64,000 nucleotides of DNA from Cycas panzhihuaensis (taxonomy: Eukaryota > Plantae > Cycadophyta), in the NCBI GenBank assembly GCA_023213395.1, contig CM041465.1:153581741-153645740 (forward strand), given 5' to 3'. The notes under the pieces were generated by a model, which worked only from the letters and a program-made list of their open reading frames with translations, was not told the DNA's origin and searched no databases. Positions 51,595-64,000 of the stretch are shown in pieces (within the stretch, counting starts at the first letter, position 1; the number at the start of each line of letters is the position of its first letter). Position numbers and translations under genes: made by a program.

Positions 51595-52866
51595 TCATTT
51601 TAGTTTGAAGAAATGCTACTTCAAAGCTTCCTTAGTGGAAAGACGCTCCCTTAGGTCAAACTTCAATAAACCACAAAGCAAATCAATGAGGGCTTCTGAA
51701 CAGGGATCACTATTTTTATTGATAAGATTCCGTAGGCGAGGCATTCCCTAGACTGCTCAAACTCTGTCTCTAGATGTAGCCCCTTATGGCCAGTTGAGTT
51801 CCATACCATTTCTAATGTACTCCCTTACACAATCAGCAGCCCATTTTATCATATATTAAGGAATTGGTCCCAACACTCGTTGCATCATTGCAAGGTGTTC
51901 CAAATCATCATCGATATGAAAAAGGGAATTTCCACAGAATAATTATGCCAAAATGCACCCAACACTCTATAAATCGATAGGATAACTCCATCCAACACCC
52001 ATTACCACCTCAGGTGCTCAGTATCCTCTCGTCATAACTACCTTGACATGGTATTGGTTCTCGAATGTGGAAGTACCAAAATCTATGAGTTTCATTGCAC
52101 TTAACGAGGGAATGCACTTATAACGATTCTTACAATCCGAAGAATTCTTGTCAAGTAGATACACATATTCCGAGGAGACGAGAAGAATGTTCTCAGGAAT
52201 GCACTTATAACGATTCTTACAATCCGAAGAATTCTTGTCAAGTATATACACATATTCTGAGGAGACGAGAAGAATGTTCTCAGGTTTTAGATTAGTATAT
52301 GAGAGAGTGTGCTCATGAATGAATGCAACAACTTCCAATAATTGACGTGCAAATTCTCGAATCAGAACAACGGATAAGAGCCGCTGATTGCTTCTACGTA
52401 ATAAATTATATAAACTCGGTCCAAGCTTTTCACAAACAATGCACACAGGGGCACTATAACGAAACCAAGTCTTCAATTTCAGGCAATCCTGGGAACCATT
52501 GGTATCAGACTCTGCTATCGTGCGAAGAATGTCAATTTCAGTGATAGTTGCAACACCATATTGCCATTCACTACGTATAACCTTGATGGCTACATGCTCT
52601 TGCTTTTCACCATCCCAACAATCTAAAACTCTACCAAAAGTTCCTTCGCCCAGTTTGCTTATAATCTTGTACAGAGATGTTATGTTTCCTCCAACCTCAA
52701 ACACGTAGTGCCCATCTTTGTTATTTGGTTGCCATGGATAGGACATAATAGCATGTACATGGTTAGATCTCTTCTCATCACGCTCATTTTTCTTCCTGTT
52801 ATTAGATCATGACTCTTTAATACGACAACATGTGTAAGGTTGTTTATAATAAATTGCACTCTCCGT
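51595..52866 (-). pseudogene. Intronless LAMMER-family (AFC/CLK-like) protein kinase pseudogene, copy B
   Basis: 1272 bp in one frame. ATG is ACG; premature stops (e.g. Y*APE at 52018-52020); EHLAMMQRVLGP signature; 87-bp in-frame tandem duplication. Confidence 0.93.
52109..52282 (-). repeat. 87-bp (29-aa) in-frame tandem duplication inside kinase copy B
   Basis: PENILLVSSEYVY(I/L)LDKNSSDCKNRYKCI twice; units 52109-52195 and 52196-52282. Confidence 0.95.
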
Positions 52867-53669
52867 ACCAAAACCTCTGCCAAGAGATCAACCAAGTAAT
52901 TGTTTCAGTATTTGTATCGAATTATTTTTTATCCTAGATACTTTGCAGAAATTATTGAACTGCACAATAAGAATACCCAGAAGTTAAACTACCTCCACAC
53001 ATAAGGGAACTGTGATGTCTTACCATTATAGCTTATTATTATATATGGATCTACGTATACGTAGGGCCGAATTATAGTTGAGGTGGCCCACAACATATAG
53101 AGACACCATATGCATGTCCTTATTCAGTATGTCTCTCTGCTCAGAACTCCTCCCCATCCTCCTCACTTAGGGAAGGATAACATGGAGTAATTTTATTAGA
53201 TGGCTATGCCCTTGCTAATACTTCTCGTCACCCCAAAAACTAGAACACTTCACAAAGAACTGCATTAAGGACATTAATAAGGAAACCGACATAGCGCATG
53301 TGAAACTGAGTCAACTCATTATTTTCTAAAGATGCTTCATACCATTAATGCTCTCATTTACTTAAAATAACGGTTCATACTCCACCTTGATCTAGAACCT
53401 TATCTTAAATCCTACCACCATGTCTTCATTTTGCAATTGTTAAAGGTGCTCATTTATAAAGGACATGGGATGTTGCCAGTAGAATGTATCTATGATGATG
53501 GAAATGTAAGATAGAAACCAGAGGCAATAACATGGTATCAAATGATAGCTTGCATACTCAAAATTAAGGCTCTTTTAAACATTATTAATGAAAATTAGAA
53601 AAAACTTGAGAAGTGTATTAATGAGAAGAACTGAAGCACAAATAAACCATAATAAATAAGAATAATAGA

Positions 53670-54220
53670 AAATAGAAAGAACTCAATCTATGGTTATTTG
53701 GAAATGTCATTTATAGATACAACGTCTGAGATGGATTATGCTAGAAGGATTACTACGGGGTTTATCAGAGATGATGGAAACATGATATGAACCATTATGA
53801 ACAAACTCAATTACTACAAAAGTACCATGCCAACAAGAATGAAATTTATCGATGCAAATTCATCATTAACTTTGACAAAAAGAAAAATGAATTGAATAGG
53901 GTAAAAGAAAGAAAGAAAAATAATTTGATCATACTTTAAATTAGGTTGCATTTTGATATCTTCTAGATTGTTTAAGTCACACAGGCAATCTTCACCAACC
54001 TTTCCTAGTTTAATGAGCCATGTCTCAAATGCTATGCAATTCAAAACTTAGTTTCAGATATCTAAATAAAGGGAATGAATTTTACTTTTAATGGGAATTA
54101 TAGATTCTTGACCATGAACTAGAGAAGATGTAATAAATCCATTAGTTATCATGACAATGGATCAATTAAGATATAAGGATGAATAAATTTAACAATGTTA
54201 ATCATTTTTGTATTCATGGA
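53670..54220 (-). pseudogene. Gypsy integrase C-terminal relic (unit B)
   Basis: Copy of 43850-44400. Confidence 0.58.
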
Positions 54221-54987
54221 TGATAGTTTTCAAAAGCGATAATGAAGAGAAGGGTGATACCAGACAATGTGAAAGGTAAGGAAGATACGTATGGTATATT
54301 TGGCATTGGAGCTATAAACGTTGAATATATTGTCATATAAATATGAGATAAGAATAATTGGTGGGGAAATAAGGTGGGGATGAGAAGTATGTGGGCGGTG
54401 TAAGTGAACACAATGAATGTGGGCACTTTAGAAATAGAGTCATGGAGTATTAATTAAATGAGTATTAAGGGTATTTTCATAAATATGATGATCTCAATAT
54501 GCAAGTAGTGATTGTCTAGATGATAGTAAAAGAAATAATGTTAGGAGGTTAACCATAATCAAAGGATATAAGAGAGTTAAATTCAAGAATGGTACTAACT
54601 TGTACATAACAAAGGTTATTAAAATTGATATCTATAAAGACTAAACAAAATGACAACTATTAGGTAATACAAGGTAATATGGTAGTCAGTAGCTAGGTGT
54701 CTATAATGTTACTAGTAAGCATAACATTATGGGAAGTAAAAGTCATAAGCATGATGAAATGGTGTTATTTTAAGGCATTTACTTAGATACATACAATTAT
54801 CTCATAATTCTATGGGGTTGGTAGGGAGTTAATGAATGATTACATTATAAGATCTCCATAAATATGACTTAAACAATTTGTGTAAACTTTGCCCTATTTA
54901 TATATACGCATAAGCAAGGAAGTTAATAGAGATTACCTAAGAGTTATCAAAGTATAGAAACCTTTGCATGGATCAAGGTTTAGAAAT

Positions 54988-57900
54988 TGTTAAGGAACTC
55001 CTTGCAAAGGATGTCTCCAGTGCTAAATACTTTAGAATCTAAGAAATCATGTGCTTTGATCAATATATTAAGTAAAATAACATAACTATGCAATAAAACA
55101 TGTGAAATAAATAAGCATAACTCAAACGAGCGAAGTACGAGTGAACTTGTTACCACGTAGAGCTCTATTTGAGAAGAGATTCTACATTAATCATAATCCA
55201 ATGTATAATACAATGGTATGGGTCTTAACTTATAGGCAACTTGCCAATATTTGAAAGATACAATAGGTTGACTAAGCAACAAATGAGGTAGACCTGGCTA
55301 GTTTATATAATAACATTAAATTATAACAAAGGGTCACCTTAATATTATCAATTTTGCATCAATTATATAAAATATAATAAATGATGGGTGCTATTGCATG
55401 GTTTTAACACCATCCCTTAATAGGAGACTCATTTCTTCTGATACTGGGGTCATGTCTAAACTATTTAAACTTCGATTTACTAAGAGCTTTGGTGAAGATG
55501 TCCACAACCTGGTCCTCATTTAGATGATAAACAAAAGCAACTTCTTCGTTCTAGACATGTTCATGGATGAAGTGATGATGGACCTCAATGTGTTTTGTTC
55601 TATCATGAAATACAAGATTCCATCTCTAATACACTTTGATTGTAGTAATAGAGGATGATGGGTGCATGTCGTTGAAGTCCAACTTCAGCAAGAATGCTTC
55701 TAATACAAATCAACTTAGTTGTATGATGGACAACTAATTTATATTCTATTTTTATAGAGGAAATAGAAACACTTGCCTGCTTATTACAACTAAATTTACA
55801 TCAAAATAATAACCTGAAGTTGAGTTCTGAGTGTCTTTTCAACCTGCCCATTCAACATCTCTATGTCCCTTTAGTATAGGGGAACTAGATTGGTTGTACT
55901 TAAGGCCAAACTGATGTGTGCCACTGATATATTTGAGAATCCTAATAGAGACTTTTTAATGAGATACTTTTGGTTATGACATGTACGTAGAATAGATTCT
56001 TACTACATATAAAATATCCATCTGTATGTGGCTAAAACAAAGGAGGCTTCTAACGAATGGTCAGTGTAAAGTGGGATCGAAAGACTTTCCTTGTTTATCT
56101 AGGTTTGGCTTCGTTCCTTTCTCCATGGCAATTGGTGCTATTTTATATATTATTATCCTGAATATTCCTAAAAGCTCATTGGCATACTTCGTTTGAGTCT
56201 GAAATATGTCTCTTAGTTCTTATTAAACATAATGTTCAAGGAAGTAGTGGAGTAACCTAGGATCTGTCATCTCAAACTTAATTTTCAATTCTAATTGAAT
56301 CCAAGCAAGGCCATTCGTTTCGTTGTCAATGATTGCAAGATCATCTACATAGGGAACAATGATTACAGTCAAATCATCTCTAACTTGAATGTAGATATCT
56401 AGGTCATAGGGTGAACATTTGAGTCCATTCTAGTTAAGGACGGCATCAATCTTTATACACCAGGTACATTGTACTTGTTTTAGTCTATAGATGAATTTTT
56501 CGAGTCTACATACCGAGTGTTCTTATCTTGGAATAGTATAGATGGGGTGTTGTTTCAAGAAAACCTCTTCTTTAAGGTCTCCATTGAGGAAAGCACCCTT
56601 CACATCTATTTGCTAAATATGCTAATTAAATTGGATTACTAAGGACATAACCAAATTAAAAGTGATCACGTTGGCTACCGGTGGAAAGGCCTCGTCATAG
56701 TCAATCCCCTCTTGTTATTTAAAATGTCCTTCTATAAGGTGAGATTTATGAGTATCATATTTTATAAGGCCTTAGCAGTTATGCAAGGAGGAACATTAAT
56801 TAACAATTGTTATACCCATTAGGAGGTAGTTGAATGCTAGTGGCTTCCACATGAAGGTTATCAACTAAGATTGGAGGTAAAGTTATACTTTCTTGAGTTG
56901 TTGATGTAGATGCTACTGGAATCGATGAAGGAGCTGGAGTGTAGGAGGAGGCTAGTATTGGTGGCTCCATAATTTGTCCAAGAGTCACTTAAGATGCACG
57001 AACTTATTCTATTGCTATAATATAAGGTTGAGGTGGAGGTAGGTCCTATGAATCTTCTATAAATATTATATCATGTGTTGCATAAACTTTGTTCCCAACC
57101 ATGTCAAACACTTTATAGGCTTTACAACCAAGTACATAGCTAAGGAATATGCATTTCAGACTCTTGTCATGAAGCTTCTTTTTGTTATCCTTTGAACTAT
57201 ATTGATATGCCATGCATCTAAAGATCTTCACGAGTGTTACCAATGGTTTCTGACCTGACCAAGCTTCTTCAAGAATAATATTCCTAACTGAAATTCTAGG
57301 ACTTATGTTGGTTAGATAAGTAATTATGGTTATGGCATCAACCCAAGATCTAGTGGTAAGATTTGCAACATTAAGCATGGTTTTTCCTTTATTTATCAAT
57401 GTCTAATTCATTCTTTTGACTACACCATTTTGTTGAGGTATGTGTGGAGATGAGAACTAATGTTGGATGGCATGTTCCTTGCCCAAAATGTTGAACTGAT
57501 TAGAAATGTACTCACCACCATTATCAGAGTTAAGGATCTTGATTATCTTTCTACTTTTCTTTTCTATGGTAGCTTTGAACTCTTTGAATTTATTCAGGGT
57601 TTTATACTTATTTCTCAGGAAACGGGCCCACATTTTCCTTGAGAAATCAGCTATGAATGTGATGAAATTCTAGTTTTTATTGAGTGGTTAGATAGGTACC
57701 AACCTGAAAATGTCTAGGTGGACAATCTCTAATGGCACTCAGGATCTCCATTCATTCTTATAAGGAAATCTTTCTCTGTAGTGTTTTTCTATTAAACAAG
57801 CCTCACATATATTGTTGTACCTCTTAATTTTGTGCAAACCATGTATCGTTTGGAGGTTAAACATGAGGTCCAAGCTTTGTATATTTAAATGACTTATGCA

Positions 57901-59575
57901 TTGATGCCATAGGTGTTCTTTGGAGCTATTTGAGATGATAACTTCCTTTCAATATGAGAATTCACCTAGTTCTTATATGCAAGGGCACTCTTCATTAATC
58001 ACTTCATTTATGTTATCAATTGGAGTTGTGTTAGGCATTGAACATGATTCATTTTATGGAGCAGCGGTAAGGAGGATACCACCCAACCTATATAAGCCAC
58101 CATCTTCATGTCTTATGGCCACAAGTTTGCATGTTGCATGATCTGTGATTCTACTAATGCCCTAGCCAAAGAGGACATCTAAATTATGTTTGTTTATTTC
58201 ATTGATACATAGCAAGTTCATCTCCATTTCAGTGCAAGGAACATATTATTGATGTGGTGCCTTATATTAGAGTCCTTCAAGGCTATTGGAGCCCTACCAA
58301 TTTTGGTCATTATCATAACTCAAATTATCCCCAAATGTGATAGTTTGTGTATCAATTGGGAGGGTCTCTTCTAACATTTTTTCTAATCCAATCATATATC
58401 TCGTTGCACCTTAGTTAAGGAGCCATGGATCCTCATCAAGTTGTGAAGAAAGAGCTGCAAAGAATAGGTTATGGAAGGAGGAATCCTAATTGTCTACCAC
58501 ATTGCTTCCTTATTATTGATTATTATGCTAGTTCCTTTAATTTTTTATAGTGAATTGCTGCTTATTTTGAGGTCTTTCTCCTTGAGTAGGTCTTAGATTC
58601 CAATTATGTTGGTAGAATTGGCCTTGTGGTTGGAATGATGACCCTTCTTTCTATTGAATAAGGCCTCTTTATTGGAAATATGGGCATCCTTGTTACAAAA
58701 TAAGACCTTGCTATTATGGAAAAGGGGCTTCTTATAGAAGGCATGATCCTCCTTACTAATATCCTTGTCTCTATTGAGAGTAACTAGGACCTCCTTGTTG
58801 ATATGAGGGTGTTCCTTATTAGTAGATTAGGCCTAATTGTTGATAATAAGAGGTAGTTTATTAGAAGCAAGACCCATATGATTGGCTCCCTTGATTTCAC
58901 AAAAGTTATGAATCAACTTGTCATCTCTTGCATTTAATAACTAAGTGTCTTTTTTTATCATAGTAGAGGCAACTAACATTTGGTCTAACCTATTAATTCT
59001 TTTAAAGTTGTGCATATGGCTAATATTGAGACAACTGATGCCAATGACTTAGACGGGAAGAGGATGTGTCAATTGGTTATTACTTTTGTTAGGTTGGTTG
59101 TTGATATGGCTCTTGAGATATGGTTAGAGAATCCAAGTGTTGAGTTAGTTCTTGGTGTTGACTAAGCTATTGAGCTGATCTATTGATAGTCTTACGCTAT
59201 TGTGAGTTATTTGTTGTAAAGGTAGGAGTGGGGTTAGATATAGACGTCGCCCCAAGTCAATTGAGTATATTCTCCTCTTATAATAAGAGTTCCTCAAAAG
59301 TCATGAAATCTACTTTGGAATACTTATCATGTAATTTGGAGACAAAGGAGTTATATTCTATGGGTAAGATGTTCATGATGTTAGAGATTAAATCATGGTT
59401 TGAAAGTGGTTCATTAAGGATTATAAGTTAGTTCCTAATTATTTTGACTTCAATCAAGTGGTGTGTAATGTTGCCAAAAGAAGTATACCTTTATCAAAAC
59501 TTTATGAATGTAAAGAAGATAAGTCATGAAAATAAGATTAATTTTAGATTTGCCTATTCATTATAGGGTGTACCC
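54988..59575 (-). mobile_element. Decayed 5'-truncated Ty1/Copia element (unit B)
   Basis: Copy of 45170-49775; candidate LTR 54988-55409; RT YVDDL; integrase C-terminal ORF 57046-57399. Confidence 0.88.
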
Positions 59576-59579
59576 TATG

Positions 59580-60411
59580 CTTAGCACAAATAATTATACC
59601 CAACTAAGACATGGGAGAATATTATGAAGTAATTTAAGGAGAGATTATAAAAGTTTTGAAGTAATGAGGTAATGGAGTTATCTCTCAAGGAAATGAGATA
59701 AAGGCTAGTAGAATTACTATTAATACATATATAAAAAATAAATATTAAAGTTGTAAGTATGATGAATAGAGAAAAAATCATGGATTATAATATGAAAAAC
59801 TATTTTATGAATGGGCTAAATTCTAAAGTAAGTGCCACAATGGTGACTCATCCCTTGAAATGCTTCCATTGCGCACATGAGTTGGTATTAGACTCTGAGA
59901 AAGATATGGATATTTAAAAGGGTAGCCATAAACCTTGTTATTGAGATCATGAGATAAAATGTAATAATTAAGAAGCCAAAAAATAAATAAACATTGATAT
60001 TAAGTAACAAAAATAAAGGAGACCTCAAAAGTAGAAGCCTTTAAAAAGGAAGTCACAAGGTTAAAGTTATAAAGAAAGAAACCTCAAGTTACTAAGGAGA
60101 AGAATAATAAAAATATATAGGGGTAACGAACCTTAATTGAATAAGTGGTGTCACATTTGTGATAATAATTCATATTCTAGTAAAGAATGTGACCGAATTG
60201 AGAGGAATAATATGGTGAAAAAGTAAAATACATGGTGTTATATTTGTGATATGGATAACCATAATATGAATAAACACTATTTTCATAGATGTAAACAAAC
60301 CAATACGATAGAGATTATGGAAGAAGGAACAACTTAACCATGATGCAATATACTAATGACATAGGAAGGCATGTGAAAAAATAATAATACATGAAGAGAG
60401 TAAAGGAAAAG
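59580..60411 (+). pseudogene. Gypsy gag relic (unit B)
   Basis: Copy of 49780-50614. Confidence 0.58.
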
Positions 60412-60887
60412 TGTTATGAACTTCTTTACGAAGGAGTAATTAATTATCTTTGCGAGCGGGTGCTATTGAAGAAACATATCTTTCTGTGAAATGCACATAA
60501 ATACAATCCCAAATATACTATGGACATCACTCATTCTTTTCAATAAATTTTGGTCAATTGTTTATTCAGTTATTTTTTAAGCCTTCGTGTTATCACACAG
60601 CCTTGTGAATCTAAGAATTATCTTCAATTATGAACAAGTTTCATAACAATTGGTATAAGAGCTGCATTCCTACTCTGTGGGAGATCCTATCCAATTAGTG
60701 AACGAGTGAAATAGTAGCCATTGGGACAAAAGAGAGGGTTGTCCAACCATTATCCATATAAGTCCACTTACAGTTTGCCATCTTCTCATTGGAGTGCTCC
60801 GATGAGTTGATTCGCCATTCAAATCTATATTAAATTTCTATTTATTTTATCTCTGATTGGTCTCGTCACTGGTTATAGCAGCTAAAA

Positions 60888-61150
60888 ATCTCATTTTCAT
60901 CTCATTTCTCATTCTCGTTGTTATTTTCTAGTCTGTGTTTACTCATTCTTGTTGTTGTTTTCCCGTCTCATTTCTCATTCTCGTTGTTGTTTTCTTGTCT
61001 GCGTCTCATTTCTCGTTGTTGTTTTCCTATCTCATTTCTCATTCTCATTGTTGTTTTCTTATCTACGTCTCATTTCTCATTATTATTTTCTAGTCTGTGT
61101 CTCATTTCTCATTGCTAGTTTGCTTGCATCTGGCTTTTGTCTCATTTTTT
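60888..61150. repeat. Degenerate tandem repeat built from CTCATT(T) and GTTGTTTTC units
   Basis: Recurrent ~35-45 bp units of the form GTCTCATTTCTCATTCTCGTTGTTGTTTTC. Confidence 0.85.
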
Positions 61151-61216
61151 GTCCTTCGCATCTAATAACCATCTCGTTCCGTCCATCTATGTTCGGTGTT
61201 AACAATTGGTATCTTC

Positions 61217-61380
61217 GATTCTACTCTTTTCGTCCATCTTCCCACGTTCCAGGTGACGTCTACGTTGACGTCTACGGTCTATGCTCTTCTAGAAGTTCAA
61301 GATTCTGCTCTTTCCGTCCATCTTCCCACGTTCTAGGTGACTTCTACGTTGACGTCTACGTCTGCATAGTTCTAGAAGTT
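61217..61380. repeat. Two-copy 84-bp tandem repeat, each with an as-1/ocs-like TGACG pair
   Basis: Units start at 61217 and 61301; TGACGTCT-ACGT-TGACGTCT at 61254-61273 and a one-mismatch copy at 61338-61357. Confidence 0.85.
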
Positions 61381-62449
61381 TTCGGATAGCCGATTCACAT
61401 TACATTATCAATTTTATAAACTAAAACACAAGTTCGTCATCTCTACATTACATTATCAATTTTATAATAGTTAATTTATATATTTTTTTATTCTTATACT
61501 TTATCTTGTAATTGCATAGTTATAAGATATATCTTAATATATCTATTCTACTTTACATTATAATTAATCTTTCATAAACAAACACACACACACATATATA
61601 TATATATCCACTTTTCAATCAATAACTTTATCCATTAAATTATTTATAGATTATTTATATTATATACAATTGCCTTGATTAGTATCATCATCCAATTTAT
61701 ATCATTGAGCCTAGTGAGTCTTTAATATTGTAATTTACATTATATATACTTATTAAGAAGTTATTCAAATAAGTTAAATCTTTCATTTCTAATCACTACT
61801 ATTATCTTATTACATTATTTTATATTATAATCACTTTGTATTGCATTATTTCATATTATTTATATACTTGTTCCTTATTAAATATAATATAATTATATTA
61901 TAATTACTCTTAACTATACCATTAATAATATTATATGTTTAATATTATACAATTAATATACCACATTATAAGACTAATATATATACATATATTAATATAA
62001 GTTATTATTTTGATATTTCATTTTACATATCAAGAAATTATAGTTATCTAGTCACAATTATTTATTTAAAAATTAGGTATATCATAAATAACATATATAT
62101 ATCAAAAGTATATATATTTACAAAAAGATCTTGTTATCTCATCATACTAATTTTACCTCTAAGTGGAATTATACAACCTTTAAATTACGTGAATCAGTTT
62201 ACGTTATCCTTCATTCTTTGTCATCTACAGGTTTTACATTAACAATCTTCAGCTTCATTTTCAATGGTGGTGATATATCGATTAAATATTAGGCAAAAGG
62301 AGAAAATATAAAACCATAAGTATCAAGTGAGTTAGGAATATTATTTTAAAGTCAACCAAACATGATAGAAAGGTAGTGGAATCGTACTTACCTAATTATT
62401 AAAATAATGAACACTAAAGATATGGCAAATAACACCGTTAAAAAAGAAA

Positions 62450-64000
62450 TCGTTGAAAATTATTTCCATCCAGAACATCACCCTTTCAAGTAAGTGTTGG
62501 AGGGCGACAGGTTATATCTTGACAAGGAATGATGGAAAACCTTAAAATCTTAATTGGTGATATTACTCTTAAAGAAAAATTATATATATTAGATGTGGGT
62601 GGAGTAGATATTATTCTAGGGAGTCAATGGTTACGAACCTTGGTAACTTTTGAGATGAATCTTGAAGAATTATTTATGAGATATAAGAAAGATGGAAGAA
62701 TTATCTTCCTTCAAGGAGAAAAACCTGGAAATAACTAACTGATATCCCATAAAAAAATTGAAAGATTAATTAAGAAGGGCCATCATGGTATGATGGCTGA
62801 ACTTTTTTCGATCTAAGGAGAAATTAAACCAACTACACAAGAAAATAAACTACAAAAGGTCATCCATAAGCATAAAGAAGTTTTTCAAAATATTCTAGCA
62901 GAATTACCACCAGACAGGGGATGTGAACATCAAATCAAATTGGAAGCAGGCACTAATCTGATTGTTATTTGGCCGTATAAATAACCACATCATTATCGGA
63001 ATGAGATTGAAAAGATCGTACAAGAATTATTAGATATAGGAGTAATAACTCCTAGTAAAAGCCCTTTTACAGCACCGATAATCATAGTAAGAAAAAAAGA
63101 TGGATCTTACCGTATATGCATAGATTATCAGGTACTAAATAAAGTTACAATAAAAAATAAATTTCCTATACCAAGAATCAATGAATTATTAGACGAATTA
63201 CATGGAGCAGAATATTTTTCTAAAATCAATTTAAAATCAGGCTATCATCAAATTCACATTAAACTAGAAGATACATACAAAATAGCCTTCAGTACACACC
63301 ATGGTTATTATGAGTTCAAGGTAATGCCCTTTGGCCTAACCAATGCACCAGCCACATTCCAAGCTATAACGAATCAAGTTTTCAAACCTTTCTTGCTGAA
63401 GTTTATCTTAGTCTTCTTTGACAACATATTAATATTTAGTAAACAATGGGGAGAACATATGAATCATTTGGACCAAGTACTGAACACCTTAAAGAAAAAA
63501 AAATTCTATGTTAACAAATCAAAATGTTACTTTGGAATGAAAGAAATAGAATATCTAGGTCATCTTATATCAAAAGAAGGAATTAGAGTTGACCTAGGAA
63601 AAGTTAAGGCAATTCAAAAATGGCCGATACCCAAAAATATTACGAAACTCCAAGGATTTATAGGTTTAACAAGATATTATTGACATTTTATGAAAAATTA
63701 TGTATAGAAAACCATTATTTTAACTTGTTTATTAAAAAATGATTCTTTTTAATGGAATGAAGAGGCAATAAATTGTTTCGAACAATTCAAGCAAATAATG
63801 ATCCAGTTACCGATCCTTATGTCACTTGATTTTTCTAAAATTTTTATAATAGAATGTGATGCATCAGGAATGGGAATTGGTGCAGTACTGATGCAAGAAT
63901 GTAAACCCATTGTATTTGAAAGTAGGAAGTTAAACAACTGAGAAATTCTCAAGTCAACTTATGATAAAGAAATGCTAGCCATTATACACGCTTTAGTTAA
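62450..64000 (+). pseudogene. Gypsy pol relic (protease C-terminus, RT, start of RNase H)
   Basis: VDIILGSQWLRTL; LPPDRGCEHQIKL; VRKKDGSYRICIDY; MPFGLTNAPATFQ; VFFDNIL (catalytic DD to DN); YLGHLIS; ECDASGMGIGAVLMQ. Confidence 0.95.

Larger units (their letters stand above)
51250..60411. repeat. Tandem duplication 2, unit B (interrupted at 60412 by a Gypsy element)
   Basis: Same order as unit A: kinase, integrase relic, Copia, gag relic. Confidence 0.9.
60412..64000 (+). mobile_element. Ty3/Gypsy chromovirus-type LTR retrotransposon, runs off the window
   Basis: 237-bp LTR 60412-60648 with 9-bp terminal inverted repeat (TGTTATGAA/TTCATAACA); PBS TGGTATAAGAGC at 60651-60662; pol relic downstream. 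Whether LTR and pol belong to one element is not proven. Confidence 0.82.

Noticed and set aside
52018-52746. Functional 242-aa kinase
   Set aside because: It stops before APE, lacks the C-lobe, and HTD is mutated to YTN.
45170-55409. One intact Copia bounded by the LTRs at 45170 and 54988 and carrying kinase copy B
   Set aside because: Both are PPT-adjacent 3' LTRs with homologous flanks on both sides, so they are duplication copies.
60918-61389. Hydrophobic ORFs of 66 and 146 aa
   Set aside because: Translations of pyrimidine-rich tandem repeats.

Overview
Very AT-rich plant nuclear DNA (probably a large-genome seed plant or fern; the taxon cannot be fixed from sequence). It consists almost entirely of nested, decayed retroelements, and no intact protein-coding gene was found. 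Left to right: (1) an intact-bounded non-autonomous Copia-derived LTR element E1 (85-4737, minus, TSD TTCAT) whose LTRs contain a second, embedded tRNA-iMet PBS; (2) an old ~5 kb repeat interrupted by a 1.96 kb non-autonomous LTR element E4 (7902-9860); (3) a decayed gag-pol Copia E2 sharing a long leader with E1; (4) a truncated E1 relative, E3, with ~0.9 kb of foreign cargo; (5) a ~7 kb tandem duplication (20397-27009 / 27010-40551) whose second copy gained a full-length L1 LINE (33092-39464, 17-bp TSD) and a (TA)n expansion; (6) a ~9.5 kb tandem duplication (~41713-51249 / ~51250-60411) carrying an intronless, divergent LAMMER (AFC/CLK-like) kinase pseudogene in each copy, plus Gypsy and Copia relics; (7) a chromovirus-type Gypsy element from 60412 to the window end. 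Most notable are the two kinase copies, which decayed in complementary ways and reconstruct a 394-aa ancestor, the PBS-containing LTR, and a fixed-position variable cargo slot in the E1/E2/E3 leader. All alignments were done by eye.
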